64,000 bases of DNA from Gemmatimonadota bacterium. Its GTDB lineage: Bacteria > Gemmatimonadota > Gemmatimonadetes > Gemmatimonadales > GWC2-71-9. Shown one piece after another: positions 1 through 10,195 of this stretch. Each line of letters starts with the position of its first letter. The stretch's first letter is position 1. A program made the translations under genes and the position numbers. A model generated the notes under the pieces. That model was not told where the DNA came from. It made no database searches and saw only the letters and a program-made list of their open reading frames with translations. The DNA is taken from the NCBI GenBank assembly GCA_039588295.1, contig JBDHAB010000006.1, forward strand, positions 64,001 to 128,000. Reading direction: 5' to 3'.

Positions 1-1
1 G

Positions 2-283
2 GAAGCCAGGCTCACGCTCGGCGCGTTTCTGGTGGCCATGACGCTGATGGCCCTCCTCACGCAGCGCTGGGGCTTCACCCGCATCCTGGGACTGGGCCAC
101 GTCGTGTGGTTCGCGCTGCTCCCCTTCCTGTGGACCCGGCTCGATACCGACTTACCCAACGACCTCTTCGGAATCTGGATCCGGGCCGTGCTCATCCTGA
201 ACGCCATCTCACTGGCGTTCGATGTGGCCGACGTCGTCCGCTACGCTCGCGGCGATCGAGCGAAGCTGGTAGCCGGGCTCTAG
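2..283 (+). CDS. Hypothetical membrane protein, 5'-truncated by the window edge
   Basis: Frame is open from position 2 (EARLTLGAFLVAM...), with several hydrophobic segments; stop at 283. Confidence 0.7.
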   Translation, partial: EARLTLGAFLVAMTLMALLTQRWGFTRILGLGHVVWFALLPFLWTRLDTDLPNDLFGIWIRAVLILNAISLAFDVADVVRYARGDRAKLVAGL

Positions 284-311
284 CCTCCCAGTCCTCTCCT
301 CCCGTATCCTC

Positions 312-2693
312 TCACGGCAGGTGGAACAACCGAGCGACCACCCCGGCCCCCGTTGCACCCGCGTGCGCGAACCCAAGATGCAGTGACTGCCCGCCGCCGG
401 TCTGAAAGAACTGCACCGTGATCGGGTGGTACCCGGCGGCAAGCCCGATCATCCCCGACTTTTCGCTGGTCCCATGCAACCCGTCGTGGTCGACAACCAT
501 CTCATCGCCGATGAGCAGTCTGCTCCCGTCGTCGGACGACAGGAAGAACGTGTAGATCCCGTCAACGGGTACGAAGACGTACCCGTTGAAGACCAGGCCG
601 AAGTTCTCCTCCCGAGCGAAGCCTTGGATCTCAACGTCCGCGGCGACTCCCTCACTGACTGGACGCATGTCTGCCAGCTGTTCGACTGACCTCACCCGGC
701 CGTCGTACTCGTAGTAGGCATACCGCAAGCCTGTCTCGACGGGTTCGTCCAGCGTGGTGGCCGCACGAAGCGTGGTCTTTCTGAAGGTGGCGCTCCTGGG
801 AGCACCGGCTCGTCCGTTGGGGAGGAACAGACGCGCGGTGACCGTTACGCCCGTTTCGTTCACCGGGAGTCGGATCGACCCCGTGTATCGCGGCGCCGTC
901 GGGTTCGGGTCCGTCCCATCGGTGGTGTAATGAATGCGCCCGTCGCTCATGAGGGACTTGAGCGTCACCGTGATTTCATCGTCGAGCGTGAGTGCGTCCT
1001 CCTCCAGCCCGGCGACGTTGGGAATGCGGTAGCGCACGCCGAGGCCGTCGAGTCTCTGGAAGTGGGCCGGGAGGCGATTGGTGAAATGCTCCCAATCGCG
1101 GTGCCCTTTGGCGGACCACACGACCTCCGACAGCGCGAGGAGTCGCGGCGCGACCATGTACTCGACGTAGTCGGTTGTGGTCATGTACTCGGTCCAGACG
1201 TTGCCCTGCGCACCGAGCACGTGAACGGCCTCGTCCTCGGTGAGCGCCTCCGGGACGGGCTCGAAGGCGTACACATGCTCGAGCGGACTGTAGCCCCCGA
1301 TGGCGAGGGGCTCGAACTCGGGATCGCCCTGATAGTAGTCAAAGTACACGTGACTCGTTGGAGTCATGATGACATCGTGGCCCTGTCTCGCGGCATCGAT
1401 GCCGCCTTCCATGCCCCGCCACGACATCACGGTCGCCTCGGGCGCGAGCCCACCCTCGAGGATCTCGTCCCAGCCAATCAGCCGCCGCCCGTTCGACAAT
1501 AAGAACCGCTCGATTCGTCCAATGAAGTAGCTCTGGAGCTCGTGTTCGTCGGCGAGCCCCTCACGCCTGATCAGCTCCTGTGCAACCTCGCTTGCTTCCC
1601 AGCGGCTCTTCGGTGCCTCGTCGCCACCGATATGGACGTACGTACCCGGGAACAGCTCGATGACCTCCGTGAGGACATCCTCGAGGAACGCGAACGTCTC
1701 TTCTTTGGGGCAGTAGATGTCTTGGGTCACGCCCCACCTGGTGGAAACTTCGAAGGGGCCCTCGGTGCAGGCCAATTCCGGGTACGCTGCCAGCGCGGCA
1801 ACGGAGTGTCCGGGCATCTCGATCTCGGGGATCACCGTGACGTAGCGTCGCAGTGCGTGGTCCACGACTTCCCGGATTTCCTCCTGCGTGTAGAACCCGC
1901 AGTAGGGTATTCCATCGCCGACGAACGGATCGAAGTTCTTCTCGACGATCGTCTCCTTGCGGCAGGAGCCGATCTCAGTGAGCCGGGGGTACTTCTCGAT
2001 CTCGATCCGCCATCCCTGGTCTTCGGTGAGATGCCAGTGGAAGGTGTTCATCTTGTACATGGCAAGCAGGTCGATGTACTTCTTGACGAATTCGACGGGG
2101 AAGAAGTGGCGGCCGACGTCGAGGTGCATGCCGCGGTAGCTGAAGCGAGGGATGTCCAGAATCTCGACTGCCGGGATGCCGCGCGCCGCAGCGGCGGCGC
2201 CGACCTCCGGTGGCAGCAGTTGACGCAGCGTTTGTAACCCGTAGAAGAGCCCGGCCCCGGTGGGTGCGGAGACCATGATGGACTGTGGCGTCACCTCCAA
2301 CACGTACTGCTCGGGGTGGGCCCGGGTCTCGCCTTTCCAGAGGAGGAGCGCCACGCTGCCAGGTATGGGCTGCGTGACCGGGTCGGATGCGACATCCAGA
2401 CGGACGTCCCATTCGTCAGCGAGCAGCGTGGCGGTGTAGGCAGCGAGTTCGCGGAGTCCCGGGTCCTCCGGGTCAGACAGGACGATGCTCGAGAGCGTGG
2501 CGAGCGGTAGTGTGCCCCGGGCCGGCGCGACCTCGGCGGGCCATGGAACAAGGTGCAAATCCTCGATGCTGGTCATGGCTCCGGTCGCTTCCGGTGTGGG
2601 CGGTGGCGCCGGGTCCACGTCGGTGGTTCGAGCGCTGCACGCAGTGATCAGGGCGAGCAACGTCGCGCCGGCCAGATGGTCCATTCCACGCAT
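312..2693 (-). CDS. Beta-N-acetylhexosaminidase (GH20) lipoprotein with C-terminal Fn3-associated/chitobiase-like and PA14 domains
   Basis: Lipobox-like ITAC; GH20 motifs RGMHLDVGRHF, HWHLTEDQGWR and catalytic HIGGDE; IHYTTDGTDP; PA14-like SSDDGSRL...DHDGLH. Confidence 0.93.
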   Translation of the reverse strand: MRGMDHLAGATLLALITACSARTTDVDPAPPPTPEATGAMTSIEDLHLVPWPAEVAPARGTLPLATLSSIVLSDPEDPGLRELAAYTATLLADEWDVRLDVASDPVTQPIPGSVALLLWKGETRAHPEQYVLEVTPQSIMVSAPTGAGLFYGLQTLRQLLPPEVGAAAAARGIPAVEILDIPRFSYRGMHLDVGRHFFPVEFVKKYIDLLAMYKMNTFHWHLTEDQGWRIEIEKYPRLTEIGSCRKETIVEKNFDPFVGDGIPYCGFYTQEEIREVVDHALRRYVTVIPEIEMPGHSVAALAAYPELACTEGPFEVSTRWGVTQDIYCPKEETFAFLEDVLTEVIELFPGTYVHIGGDEAPKSRWEASEVAQELIRREGLADEHELQSYFIGRIERFLLSNGRRLIGWDEILEGGLAPEATVMSWRGMEGGIDAARQGHDVIMTPTSHVYFDYYQGDPEFEPLAIGGYSPLEHVYAFEPVPEALTEDEAVHVLGAQGNVWTEYMTTTDYVEYMVAPRLLALSEVVWSAKGHRDWEHFTNRLPAHFQRLDGLGVRYRIPNVAGLEEDALTLDDEITVTLKSLMSDGRIHYTTDGTDPNPTAPRYTGSIRLPVNETGVTVTARLFLPNGRAGAPRSATFRKTTLRAATTLDEPVETGLRYAYYEYDGRVRSVEQLADMRPVSEGVAADVEIQGFAREENFGLVFNGYVFVPVDGIYTFFLSSDDGSRLLIGDEMVVDHDGLHGTSEKSGMIGLAAGYHPITVQFFQTGGGQSLHLGFAHAGATGAGVVARLFHLP

Positions 2694-2893
2694 CGTCTCT
2701 TCTCCTCAGAGGGTCAGGGCGGCTCGGGGAATTCTACTGCCTTGCCGGCGTCTGCACAGGGTCGGCGCTGAGGGGCGGCGCTGCCTGCGGCAGCCGTGGG
2801 GCCGCCCTCGAGTGCCGAACGCGCTATCTTCCATCCTCGTCCGAGGCCGGTCGTCGACCGCGCCCCCGACCGGTGACCCTCGAGCTCCAACGC

Positions 2894-5800
2894 ATGAGCC
2901 TACTGCACCGCTACCGCCACCCAGGACTCACCGACACCAAGAAGGATGCCCTGCTGCAGACCGCTCGACAGCGGGTGAGCCGAAGCATCCGTGATCTCGA
3001 CACCGAGGTGTGCTTCAACCTCGACGTGACGGGCGCACTCTCGGTGGAGGAGGAGCGGGCCCTCACGTGGCTGCTGGCGGAAACGTTCGAGCCAGACGGG
3101 TTCGGTGAGCAGTCATTCCTGCGAGGGGACGGTGTGGTGGTCGAGGTAGGTCCACGGATGAACTTCACCACGGCGTGGTCCACGAACGCCGTCGCCATCT
3201 GCCATGCCTGCGGGCTCACAGCGATCCGGCGGATCGAGCGGTCGCGCCGGTTCTTGATTCTCGCTGGCGACGACCTCGACGAAGAGAAGGTCCGGGCATT
3301 GCTGGCGCTGGTGCACGACCGGATGACCGAGTGCCGGTATCCCGAGCCGCTCGCGACGTTCGCGACCGGTGTTGAACCGGAGCCTGTGTTTGCGGTACCG
3401 GTGTTGGAGCAGGGAAGGGGTGCGCTGGAGCGAATCAACCACGAGCTGGGGCTTGCGTTCGACGAGTGGGACCTCGATTACTACACCGATCTGTTTGCAA
3501 ATCGGATTGGCCGCAATCCGACCAATGTCGAGTGCTTCGACGTGGCGCAGTCCAACAGTGAGCACTCGAGGCATTGGTTCTTCAAGGGGCGGTTGGTCAT
3601 CGATGGAGCGGCGATTCCGCACCACCTGATCGCCCTCATCAAGGGCACGTTGGACGCGAATCCCAACAACAGCATCATCGCGTTCCGAGACAACTCGAGC
3701 GCCATCCGGGGTTACTCGATCTCCACGATCGTCCCTGCGGTGACGGGTCGGCCATCTCCGTTCGTCGCAACGGAGGCGCTGTATCACGCCATCTTCACGG
3801 CCGAGACCCACAACTTCCCGTCGGGGGTGGCGCCGTTCCCCGGCGCTGAGACGGGGACGGGCGGACGCATTCGGGATGTACACGCCACCGGACGCGGCTC
3901 GTTGGTGGTGGCGGGTACCGCGGCATACTGTGTTGGCAATCTCCGCATTCCCGGCTACGAGCTGCCGTGGGAACGCAAGGACTTCGAGTACCCCGGCAAC
4001 CTCGCCTCTCCGCTCGAGATCGAAATCCAGGCGTCGAACGGCGCGTCGGACTACGGGAACAAGTTCGGCGAGCCCGTCCTCCAGGGATACACCCGTGCGT
4101 TCGGGTTACGCTTGCCCAACGGTGAGCGCCGCGAGTGGATCAAGCCGATCATGTTCAGTGGCGGTATCGGTCAGATCGATGCACGCCATGTGGAGAAGGG
4201 TGCACCCGCGCGCGGCATGCTTGTCGTCAAGCTGGGTGGTCCGGCCTATCGGATTGGCATGGGGGGTGGGGCGGCGTCGAGCATGGTCCAGGGAGAGAAC
4301 GTCGCCGAGCTCGATTTCAACGCCGTGCAACGGGGTGACGCGGAGATGGAGCAGAAGGTGAACCGCGTGATTCGGGCGTGCGTCGAACTCGGAGACGATA
4401 ATCCGGTCGTCAGCATTCACGACCAAGGCGCAGGTGGGAACTGTAACGTCCTCAAAGAGATCGTGAGCCCGGCCGGGGCCACGATCGAGGTGCGTGCAAT
4501 CCCGCTGGGCGACGATTCCCTCTCCGTACTCGAGATCTGGGGCGCCGAGTATCAGGAGAACGACGCGCTACTCATTCATGAGGATCGAGCGACGGCATTC
4601 GGTGCCCTGTGCGAGCGGGAGAACGTACCGTTCGCCGTCGTCGGGCGGGTGACGGGTGACGGCAAGATCGTCTTGCGGGATGCAACGGATGGCTCAACTC
4701 CGGTCAACTTCGAGTTAGAGGCCGTGCTCGGCGACATGCCGCAGAAGACGTTCGTGCTCGAGCGACTGCCCGTGCGACTCGCACCCTTACGGCTCCCCAC
4801 GGCGCTCACAGTGGCCGACGCCCTCGATCGTGTGCTACGGCTGCTCACGGTGGGGTCCAAGCGGTTTCTCACGACAAAGGTCGATCGGTGCGTCACCGGG
4901 CTCCAGGCCCGGCAGCAGTGCTGTGGTCCCCTTCAGCTCACCGTGGCGGACGTTGCCGTGATCGCGCAGAGCCACTTCGGAGTCACGGGTGCCGCAACGG
5001 CGATCGGGGAACAGCCGATCAAGGGACTCATCAACCCCGCGGCCATGGCACGGATGTCGGTAGGTGAAACGCTCACGAACCTCGTGTGGGCGAACGTCAG
5101 TGCGCTCGAGGATGTGAAGTGTTCGGCCAACTGGATGTGGGCAGCGAAGCTCCCCGGTGAGGGTGCCGCGCTCTACGACGCCGCTCAGTCGCTCCACGAC
5201 ATGCTGATTCACCTCGGCATCGCGATCGACGGAGGCAAGGACAGCCTCTCGATGGCGGCGCTCGCACCGGACGGACACGGTGGGAGTGAAACGGTCAAGG
5301 CCCCTGGGAGTCTCGTGATATCGGCGTACGCCACATGTCCCGACGTCACCAAGACGGTGACTCCGGATCTCAAGCGGCCGGACAGCGGGCGCCTCCTCTA
5401 TGTGGACTTGGGCGGCGGGCACTATCGCCTCGGCGGTTCCGCGTTGGCGCAGGTCTATGAGCAGGTAGGTGACAGGTCGCCGGACGTCGACAATCCCGCA
5501 CTGCTGGAGCGAGCGTTCAATGTTGTGCAGACACTGATCGAGGATGGCGTGATTGTGGCCGGCCATGACCGGAGCGACGGTGGGCTCGTCACGACCCTAC
5601 TCGAGATGGCGTTTGCCGGTGATTGCGGGATCGAGGTGGACCTCCCGGCCTCCGGGGCCACCCCCATCGGAACCATGTTTGCGGAGGAGCTGGGACTGGT
5701 GATGGAGGTGGATTCCGCCGACGAGCGGCCCGTGCTCGAGGCGTTTGATCGGGCCGACGTCCCGTGCGTCTCCGTGGGATCCGTCGTTCGCGACAAGCAC

Positions 5801-6817
5801 ATCCGTATTCGCATCGGCCCCGAGATCGTCGTCGACGCGGATATGCGCGACCTGCGCGACCTCTGGGAGGCTACCAGCTTCGAGCTGGACGCGTTGCAGG
5901 CCAGTCCCAAATGCGTCGCGCAGGAGCGTGCGGGGCTGCGCGAACGCCAGGCTCCTCCGTATTCGATTCCGTTCGTGCCCACACCCACGGCACCTGCGAT
6001 CATCGAGTCATCGACTAAAACCAAGGTCGCGATTATCCGCGAAGAGGGCTCGAACGGTGACCGTGAGATGGCGTCTGCGTTCTCTGCGGCCGGCCTCGAG
6101 CCATGGGACGTGATGATGTCCGACTTGCTGCGGGGACGGATCGACCTCGAACGGTTCCGCGGTGCGGTGTTCGTCGGTGGGTTCAGTTTCGCAGATGTCA
6201 TGGACTCGGCGAAGGGGTGGGCGGGCGTCATTCGCTTCAATCGGGTTCTCTGGCACCAGTTCCAGGACTTCTACCAGCGGCCCGATACGTTCAGTCTCGG
6301 CGTGTGCAACGGCTGCCAGCTCATGGCACTCCTTGGCTGGGTACCGTGGCAGGGGCTCGATGACGCGCGCCAGCCACGATTCATTCAGAACGCTTCAGGT
6401 CGCTTCGAGTCACGGTTTGCGACCGTTGCCATTCAGGAGAGTCCTGCCGTCATGCTCAAGGGGATGGCGGGTGCCACCCTCGGTGTCTGGGTGGCCCACG
6501 GCGAAGGTCGTGCCTATTTCCCGGACACCGAAATTCTCCGCCGCATCGATGTAGAGCGTCTCGCCCCCGTGCGCTTCGTCGACGACGCCGGACAGGTCAC
6601 CGAGGCCTATCCCTTCAATCCGAACGGCTCTCCGCTGGGCATCACTGGCCTCTGTTCACCGGACGGCCGCCACCTCGTCATGATGCCCCATCCGGAGCGG
6701 ACATTCCTCAAGTGGCAGTGGGGTTGGATGCCCGAGGCGTGGAAGCGCGATCTCGAGGCCGCCCCGTGGCTTCAGATGTTCCAGAATGCCCGGGAGTGGT
6801 GCGAGGGACGTCAGTAG
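2894..6817 (+). CDS. purL: Phosphoribosylformylglycinamidine synthase, large single-chain form
   Basis: SNSEHSRHWFF, ETHNFP, GAETGTGGRIRD and DGGKDSLSM motifs; C-terminal glutaminase LGVCNGCQ and MMPHPER. ATG 2894 is preferred over GTG 2873. Confidence 0.96.
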   Translation: MSLLHRYRHPGLTDTKKDALLQTARQRVSRSIRDLDTEVCFNLDVTGALSVEEERALTWLLAETFEPDGFGEQSFLRGDGVVVEVGPRMNFTTAWSTNAVAICHACGLTAIRRIERSRRFLILAGDDLDEEKVRALLALVHDRMTECRYPEPLATFATGVEPEPVFAVPVLEQGRGALERINHELGLAFDEWDLDYYTDLFANRIGRNPTNVECFDVAQSNSEHSRHWFFKGRLVIDGAAIPHHLIALIKGTLDANPNNSIIAFRDNSSAIRGYSISTIVPAVTGRPSPFVATEALYHAIFTAETHNFPSGVAPFPGAETGTGGRIRDVHATGRGSLVVAGTAAYCVGNLRIPGYELPWERKDFEYPGNLASPLEIEIQASNGASDYGNKFGEPVLQGYTRAFGLRLPNGERREWIKPIMFSGGIGQIDARHVEKGAPARGMLVVKLGGPAYRIGMGGGAASSMVQGENVAELDFNAVQRGDAEMEQKVNRVIRACVELGDDNPVVSIHDQGAGGNCNVLKEIVSPAGATIEVRAIPLGDDSLSVLEIWGAEYQENDALLIHEDRATAFGALCERENVPFAVVGRVTGDGKIVLRDATDGSTPVNFELEAVLGDMPQKTFVLERLPVRLAPLRLPTALTVADALDRVLRLLTVGSKRFLTTKVDRCVTGLQARQQCCGPLQLTVADVAVIAQSHFGVTGAATAIGEQPIKGLINPAAMARMSVGETLTNLVWANVSALEDVKCSANWMWAAKLPGEGAALYDAAQSLHDMLIHLGIAIDGGKDSLSMAALAPDGHGGSETVKAPGSLVISAYATCPDVTKTVTPDLKRPDSGRLLYVDLGGGHYRLGGSALAQVYEQVGDRSPDVDNPALLERAFNVVQTLIEDGVIVAGHDRSDGGLVTTLLEMAFAGDCGIEVDLPASGATPIGTMFAEELGLVMEVDSADERPVLEAFDRADVPCVSVGSVVRDKHIRIRIGPEIVVDADMRDLRDLWEATSFELDALQASPKCVAQERAGLRERQAPPYSIPFVPTPTAPAIIESSTKTKVAIIREEGSNGDREMASAFSAAGLEPWDVMMSDLLRGRIDLERFRGAVFVGGFSFADVMDSAKGWAGVIRFNRVLWHQFQDFYQRPDTFSLGVCNGCQLMALLGWVPWQGLDDARQPRFIQNASGRFESRFATVAIQESPAVMLKGMAGATLGVWVAHGEGRAYFPDTEILRRIDVERLAPVRFVDDAGQVTEAYPFNPNGSPLGITGLCSPDGRHLVMMPHPERTFLKWQWGWMPEAWKRDLEAAPWLQMFQNAREWCEGRQ

Positions 6818-6957
6818 TCGACCGGCCACGCACAAACGCTTGCCCTGGTTACAGATCCATCCAACGGAACGGCCGTTGCGGCGAGCGGGATTCCGATCCA
6901 ATTTATCGTACTTCCCGCGAGCGGATTGGAGCGGGTCACTCATTCTCCGGCAGGCCT

Positions 6958-7158
6958 ATGGACGAGCCAACCCCCTTGATGGGCAGGGTGGTAGGGGGTG
7001 AGCGTGTCGCCCGGTGCCAGGCGGCCCTGTTGCGCCTGAGCACCGCGATCGCGGCAGCGCCACACGAAGACATCTGTCACAGCCAGTCTCCGGCGGATCT
7101 GGTCGAAGAAATCCGCGGTCTCGTTGCCGCCGCGACTGCGCGGGAGTCCGCGTCGTGA
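6958..7158 (+). pseudogene. 66-codon remnant of a probable paralogous GAF hybrid histidine kinase (N- and C-termini joined)
   Basis: [14 protein letters not shown] matches the N-terminus of the downstream kinase ([14 protein letters not shown]). The tail [15 protein letters not shown] resembles the last helix of a receiver domain. Its stop overlaps the next start (GTGA, 7155-7158). Confidence 0.55.
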
Positions 7159-9806
7159 CCGGGAATCGCTCCGGGGCTCCCGTGAACGGCGACGTGGAGC
7201 GCCGTGCGCTTCAGCGACGGCAAGCGGCGCTGCTGCGTCTCTCGACGGCCATCGTCGCGGCGCATGACGAGGCGGAAGTGTATCGCTCGATGGTCCAGGG
7301 CCTCCAGGATGAAGCGCTGGGATACAACTTCCTTGGCGTCTTCATCATCGAACCCGCCACGGGCGACCGGCTGCTCCAAGCCAGTGTCGGCTGGCCGGAC
7401 GGTCCGCACCATATGCGCGTGCGGCATGGCGAGGGACTCAGTCAACGCGCCATCGACGACGGGCAGGTGCACTACACGCCAGACGTGACGCGAGAGGCCG
7501 GGTACCTTCCCAGCCTCGCCAGCGGCTCCGAGGTCGACGTCCCGTTGCGGGTCGATGGGCAAACTATCGGGGTCCTGGTGGTCGAGAGCAACGAGCCCAA
7601 CGCGTTTGGCGAGGAAGACTTCGAGATCCTGACGGCCGCGGCAAACCAGGCGAGCATCGCGATCGGCCGGGCTCGGCTCCTCAGCGCCGAACGGCGGAGG
7701 GCTGACGAGCACGAGGCGCTGCTGGATACCATGCGGGACCTCGCCGGGGAGCTCGAGCTTCCGAAGGTCCTCCAGGCCGTGCTGGAGCGCGCGGTGACGC
7801 TGCTCGGCGTGACGGGAGGTGAGGTGGCGATCTACGACGACGACCGAAAAGAACTCGTTGTCGTGGCGAGCGAACACATCGGCAAGGACTCGACCGGAAC
7901 GCGATTGGCGCTAGGAGAGGGCGCCATGGGGGCCGTGGCTGAGTCCTTGGAGCCGCTCATCATTCCGTCGTATCACGAGTGGATGGGTCAGTCGGTGCAG
8001 TACGCCGACGTTATGGTGCACTCGGTGATGGCCGCACCACTCCTCATCGGACGGCGGCTTGTAGGAGCGATTGCCACGGTCCATTCCGATCCAGATCGGG
8101 TGTTTGGAGCCGAGGACCTGCGGCTGCTCAATCAGTTCGCGCCCCAGGCCGCGATTGCCATCGAAAACGCTCGGCTGTTTGCGGCCGAGCGCAAGCGGGC
8201 CGAAGAGCAGAAAGCACTGCTGGACACCATGCAGGATCTCGCGGGGGAACTCGAGCTCTCCAAGGTCTTGCAGGCGGTGCTGGCGCGCGCCGTCACACTG
8301 CTCGGCGTGACCGGCGGTGAGGTTGCCATCTACGACGAGGCCACCCAACAGCTGGAGGTCGTCGCGAGCGAGCAGATCGGTAAGGATTCAACGGGGACCC
8401 GGCTCAGGCTGGGTGAGGGAGCCATGGGGGCGGTAGCCGAATCGCTGGAGCCCCTGATCATCCCGTCGTATCACGAGTGGTTGGGGCAATCGGCGCAATA
8501 CGCCGACGTCACGGTCCATTCGGTGATGGCGGCGCCGCTCCTCATTGGGCGTCGCCTGGTTGGGGCGATCGCGACGGTCCATTCCGATCCCACACGGGTG
8601 TTTGGGCCGGAAGACCTGCGATTGTTGCACGTGTTTGCGCCCCAGGCCGGCATCGCGATTGAAAACGCGCGATTATACATGGCGGCGCAGCAGCAGAAGC
8701 AGTACTTCGAAACGCTGGTGTCGAACAGCCCGGTGGCAATCGTCACGCTGGACCGCGACCACAATATCGTGTCCTGCAATCCGGCGTTCGAGACGCTGTT
8801 CGGCTACCTGAAGTCCGAGGCGGTTGGCCGCAAACTCGATGAGCTCATCACGACGGAGTCAACGAAGTCTGAAGCCGTGGCATACACGCGTGAAGCACTC
8901 GACCACGCCGTGCATGGCATTGGACGGAGGCGACGTAAGGATCGTTCGCTGGTGGATGTGGAGGTCTTGGGTGTTCCGGTGATCGTCGACGGCAAGCGTG
9001 TCGGGCTCATGGGGCTCTACCACGACATCAGCGAACTGTCACGTGCCCGTCGCGATGCAGAAGCGGCGAGTCACGCCAAGAGCCAGTTTCTCGCGAGCAT
9101 GAGCCACGAGCTCCGCACACCGCTCAACGCGATTATCGGGTATTCCGAGATGCTGCAGGAAGAGGTCGAGGAAATGGGCCACAAGGAGCTTGGATTCGAC
9201 CTGCAGAAGATCCACACGGCCGGAAGACATCTCCTTTCCCTCATCAACAATGTGCTCGACCTCTCGAAGATCGAGGCGGGTAAGATGGATCTCTTCTTGG
9301 AAACCTTCGACATCGGCGACATGCTGAACGATGTCGTGACGACGGTCCGGCCGCTGGTGGACAAGAACCGGAATGAGCTCACGGTTCGCGGCGGGGACGA
9401 TCTGGGAAGCATGCATGCCGATCTCACAAAGGTCCGTCAGATGCTCCTCAACTTGTTGTCCAACGCCTGCAAGTTCACCGAAGAGGGAACGATCTTACTG
9501 GCGGTCGAGCGAGAACGATCGGCAACCGCCGACGAAGGCATGATGCTCTTCGAGGTGGCCGATGACGGAATTGGCATGACGCCAGCGCAGATGGACAAGC
9601 TCTTCGAGGCGTTTTCTCAGGCTGAGGCGTCCACGACGAGCAAGTACGGCGGCTCGGGTCTTGGACTGGCGATCACCAGGCGGTTCTGTCACATGATGGG
9701 TGGCGATGTCCAGGTGGCGAGCACTCCCGGGCGAGGATCGACGTTCTCCATCAGGTTGCCGGTGCGGGTCGATGTGTCCGCGGCGGCAGCGGCATTACCG
9801 GAGTAA
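7155..9806 (+). CDS. Cytoplasmic sensor histidine kinase, GAF-GAF-GAF-PAS-HisKA-HATPase
   Basis: Three GAF domains ending in [10 protein letters not shown] or AIENARL; a PAS domain; H-box [11 protein letters not shown]-box [16 protein letters not shown] and GSGLGL. GTG 7155 is coupled to the upstream stop. Confidence 0.92.
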   Translation: MTGNRSGAPVNGDVERRALQRRQAALLRLSTAIVAAHDEAEVYRSMVQGLQDEALGYNFLGVFIIEPATGDRLLQASVGWPDGPHHMRVRHGEGLSQRAIDDGQVHYTPDVTREAGYLPSLASGSEVDVPLRVDGQTIGVLVVESNEPNAFGEEDFEILTAAANQASIAIGRARLLSAERRRADEHEALLDTMRDLAGELELPKVLQAVLERAVTLLGVTGGEVAIYDDDRKELVVVASEHIGKDSTGTRLALGEGAMGAVAESLEPLIIPSYHEWMGQSVQYADVMVHSVMAAPLLIGRRLVGAIATVHSDPDRVFGAEDLRLLNQFAPQAAIAIENARLFAAERKRAEEQKALLDTMQDLAGELELSKVLQAVLARAVTLLGVTGGEVAIYDEATQQLEVVASEQIGKDSTGTRLRLGEGAMGAVAESLEPLIIPSYHEWLGQSAQYADVTVHSVMAAPLLIGRRLVGAIATVHSDPTRVFGPEDLRLLHVFAPQAGIAIENARLYMAAQQQKQYFETLVSNSPVAIVTLDRDHNIVSCNPAFETLFGYLKSEAVGRKLDELITTESTKSEAVAYTREALDHAVHGIGRRRRKDRSLVDVEVLGVPVIVDGKRVGLMGLYHDISELSRARRDAEAASHAKSQFLASMSHELRTPLNAIIGYSEMLQEEVEEMGHKELGFDLQKIHTAGRHLLSLINNVLDLSKIEAGKMDLFLETFDIGDMLNDVVTTVRPLVDKNRNELTVRGGDDLGSMHADLTKVRQMLLNLLSNACKFTEEGTILLAVERERSATADEGMMLFEVADDGIGMTPAQMDKLFEAFSQAEASTTSKYGGSGLGLAITRRFCHMMGGDVQVASTPGRGSTFSIRLPVRVDVSAAAAALPE

Positions 9807-9823
9807 CCACGGAGGCCGGATCG

Positions 9824-10195
9824 ATGGCGCGCATCCTGTTGGTCGAGGACAACGAGATGAACCGCGACATGCTGTCGCGGCGGCTCACCCGCAGAGGCTA
9901 TGATGTCACCATGGCCGTTGATGGACGTCAGGGCGTTGAGATGGCGCGAAGTGGGGCGTATGACCTGATTCTCATGGACATGAGCCTTCCGGAGATCGAC
10001 GGTTGGGAGGCGACACGACGGCTCAGAGCAGCACCCGAGACACAGACTGTTCCCATCATCGCTCTGACCGCGCACGCCATGGCCGGCGATCGTGAGAAGG
10101 CCATTGAGGCGGGCTGTGACGATTACGATACCAAGCCCATTGAGCTCAAACGGCTGCTCTTGAAAATCGAGGCCCTGCTCCCGAGAGACGCGTGA
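9824..10195 (+). CDS. Single-domain response regulator (DivK/CheY-like)
   Basis: LLVEDN, LILMDMSLP, ALTAHAM, YDTKP; GGAGG RBS upstream. Confidence 0.93.
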   Translation: MARILLVEDNEMNRDMLSRRLTRRGYDVTMAVDGRQGVEMARSGAYDLILMDMSLPEIDGWEATRRLRAAPETQTVPIIALTAHAMAGDREKAIEAGCDDYDTKPIELKRLLLKIEALLPRDA

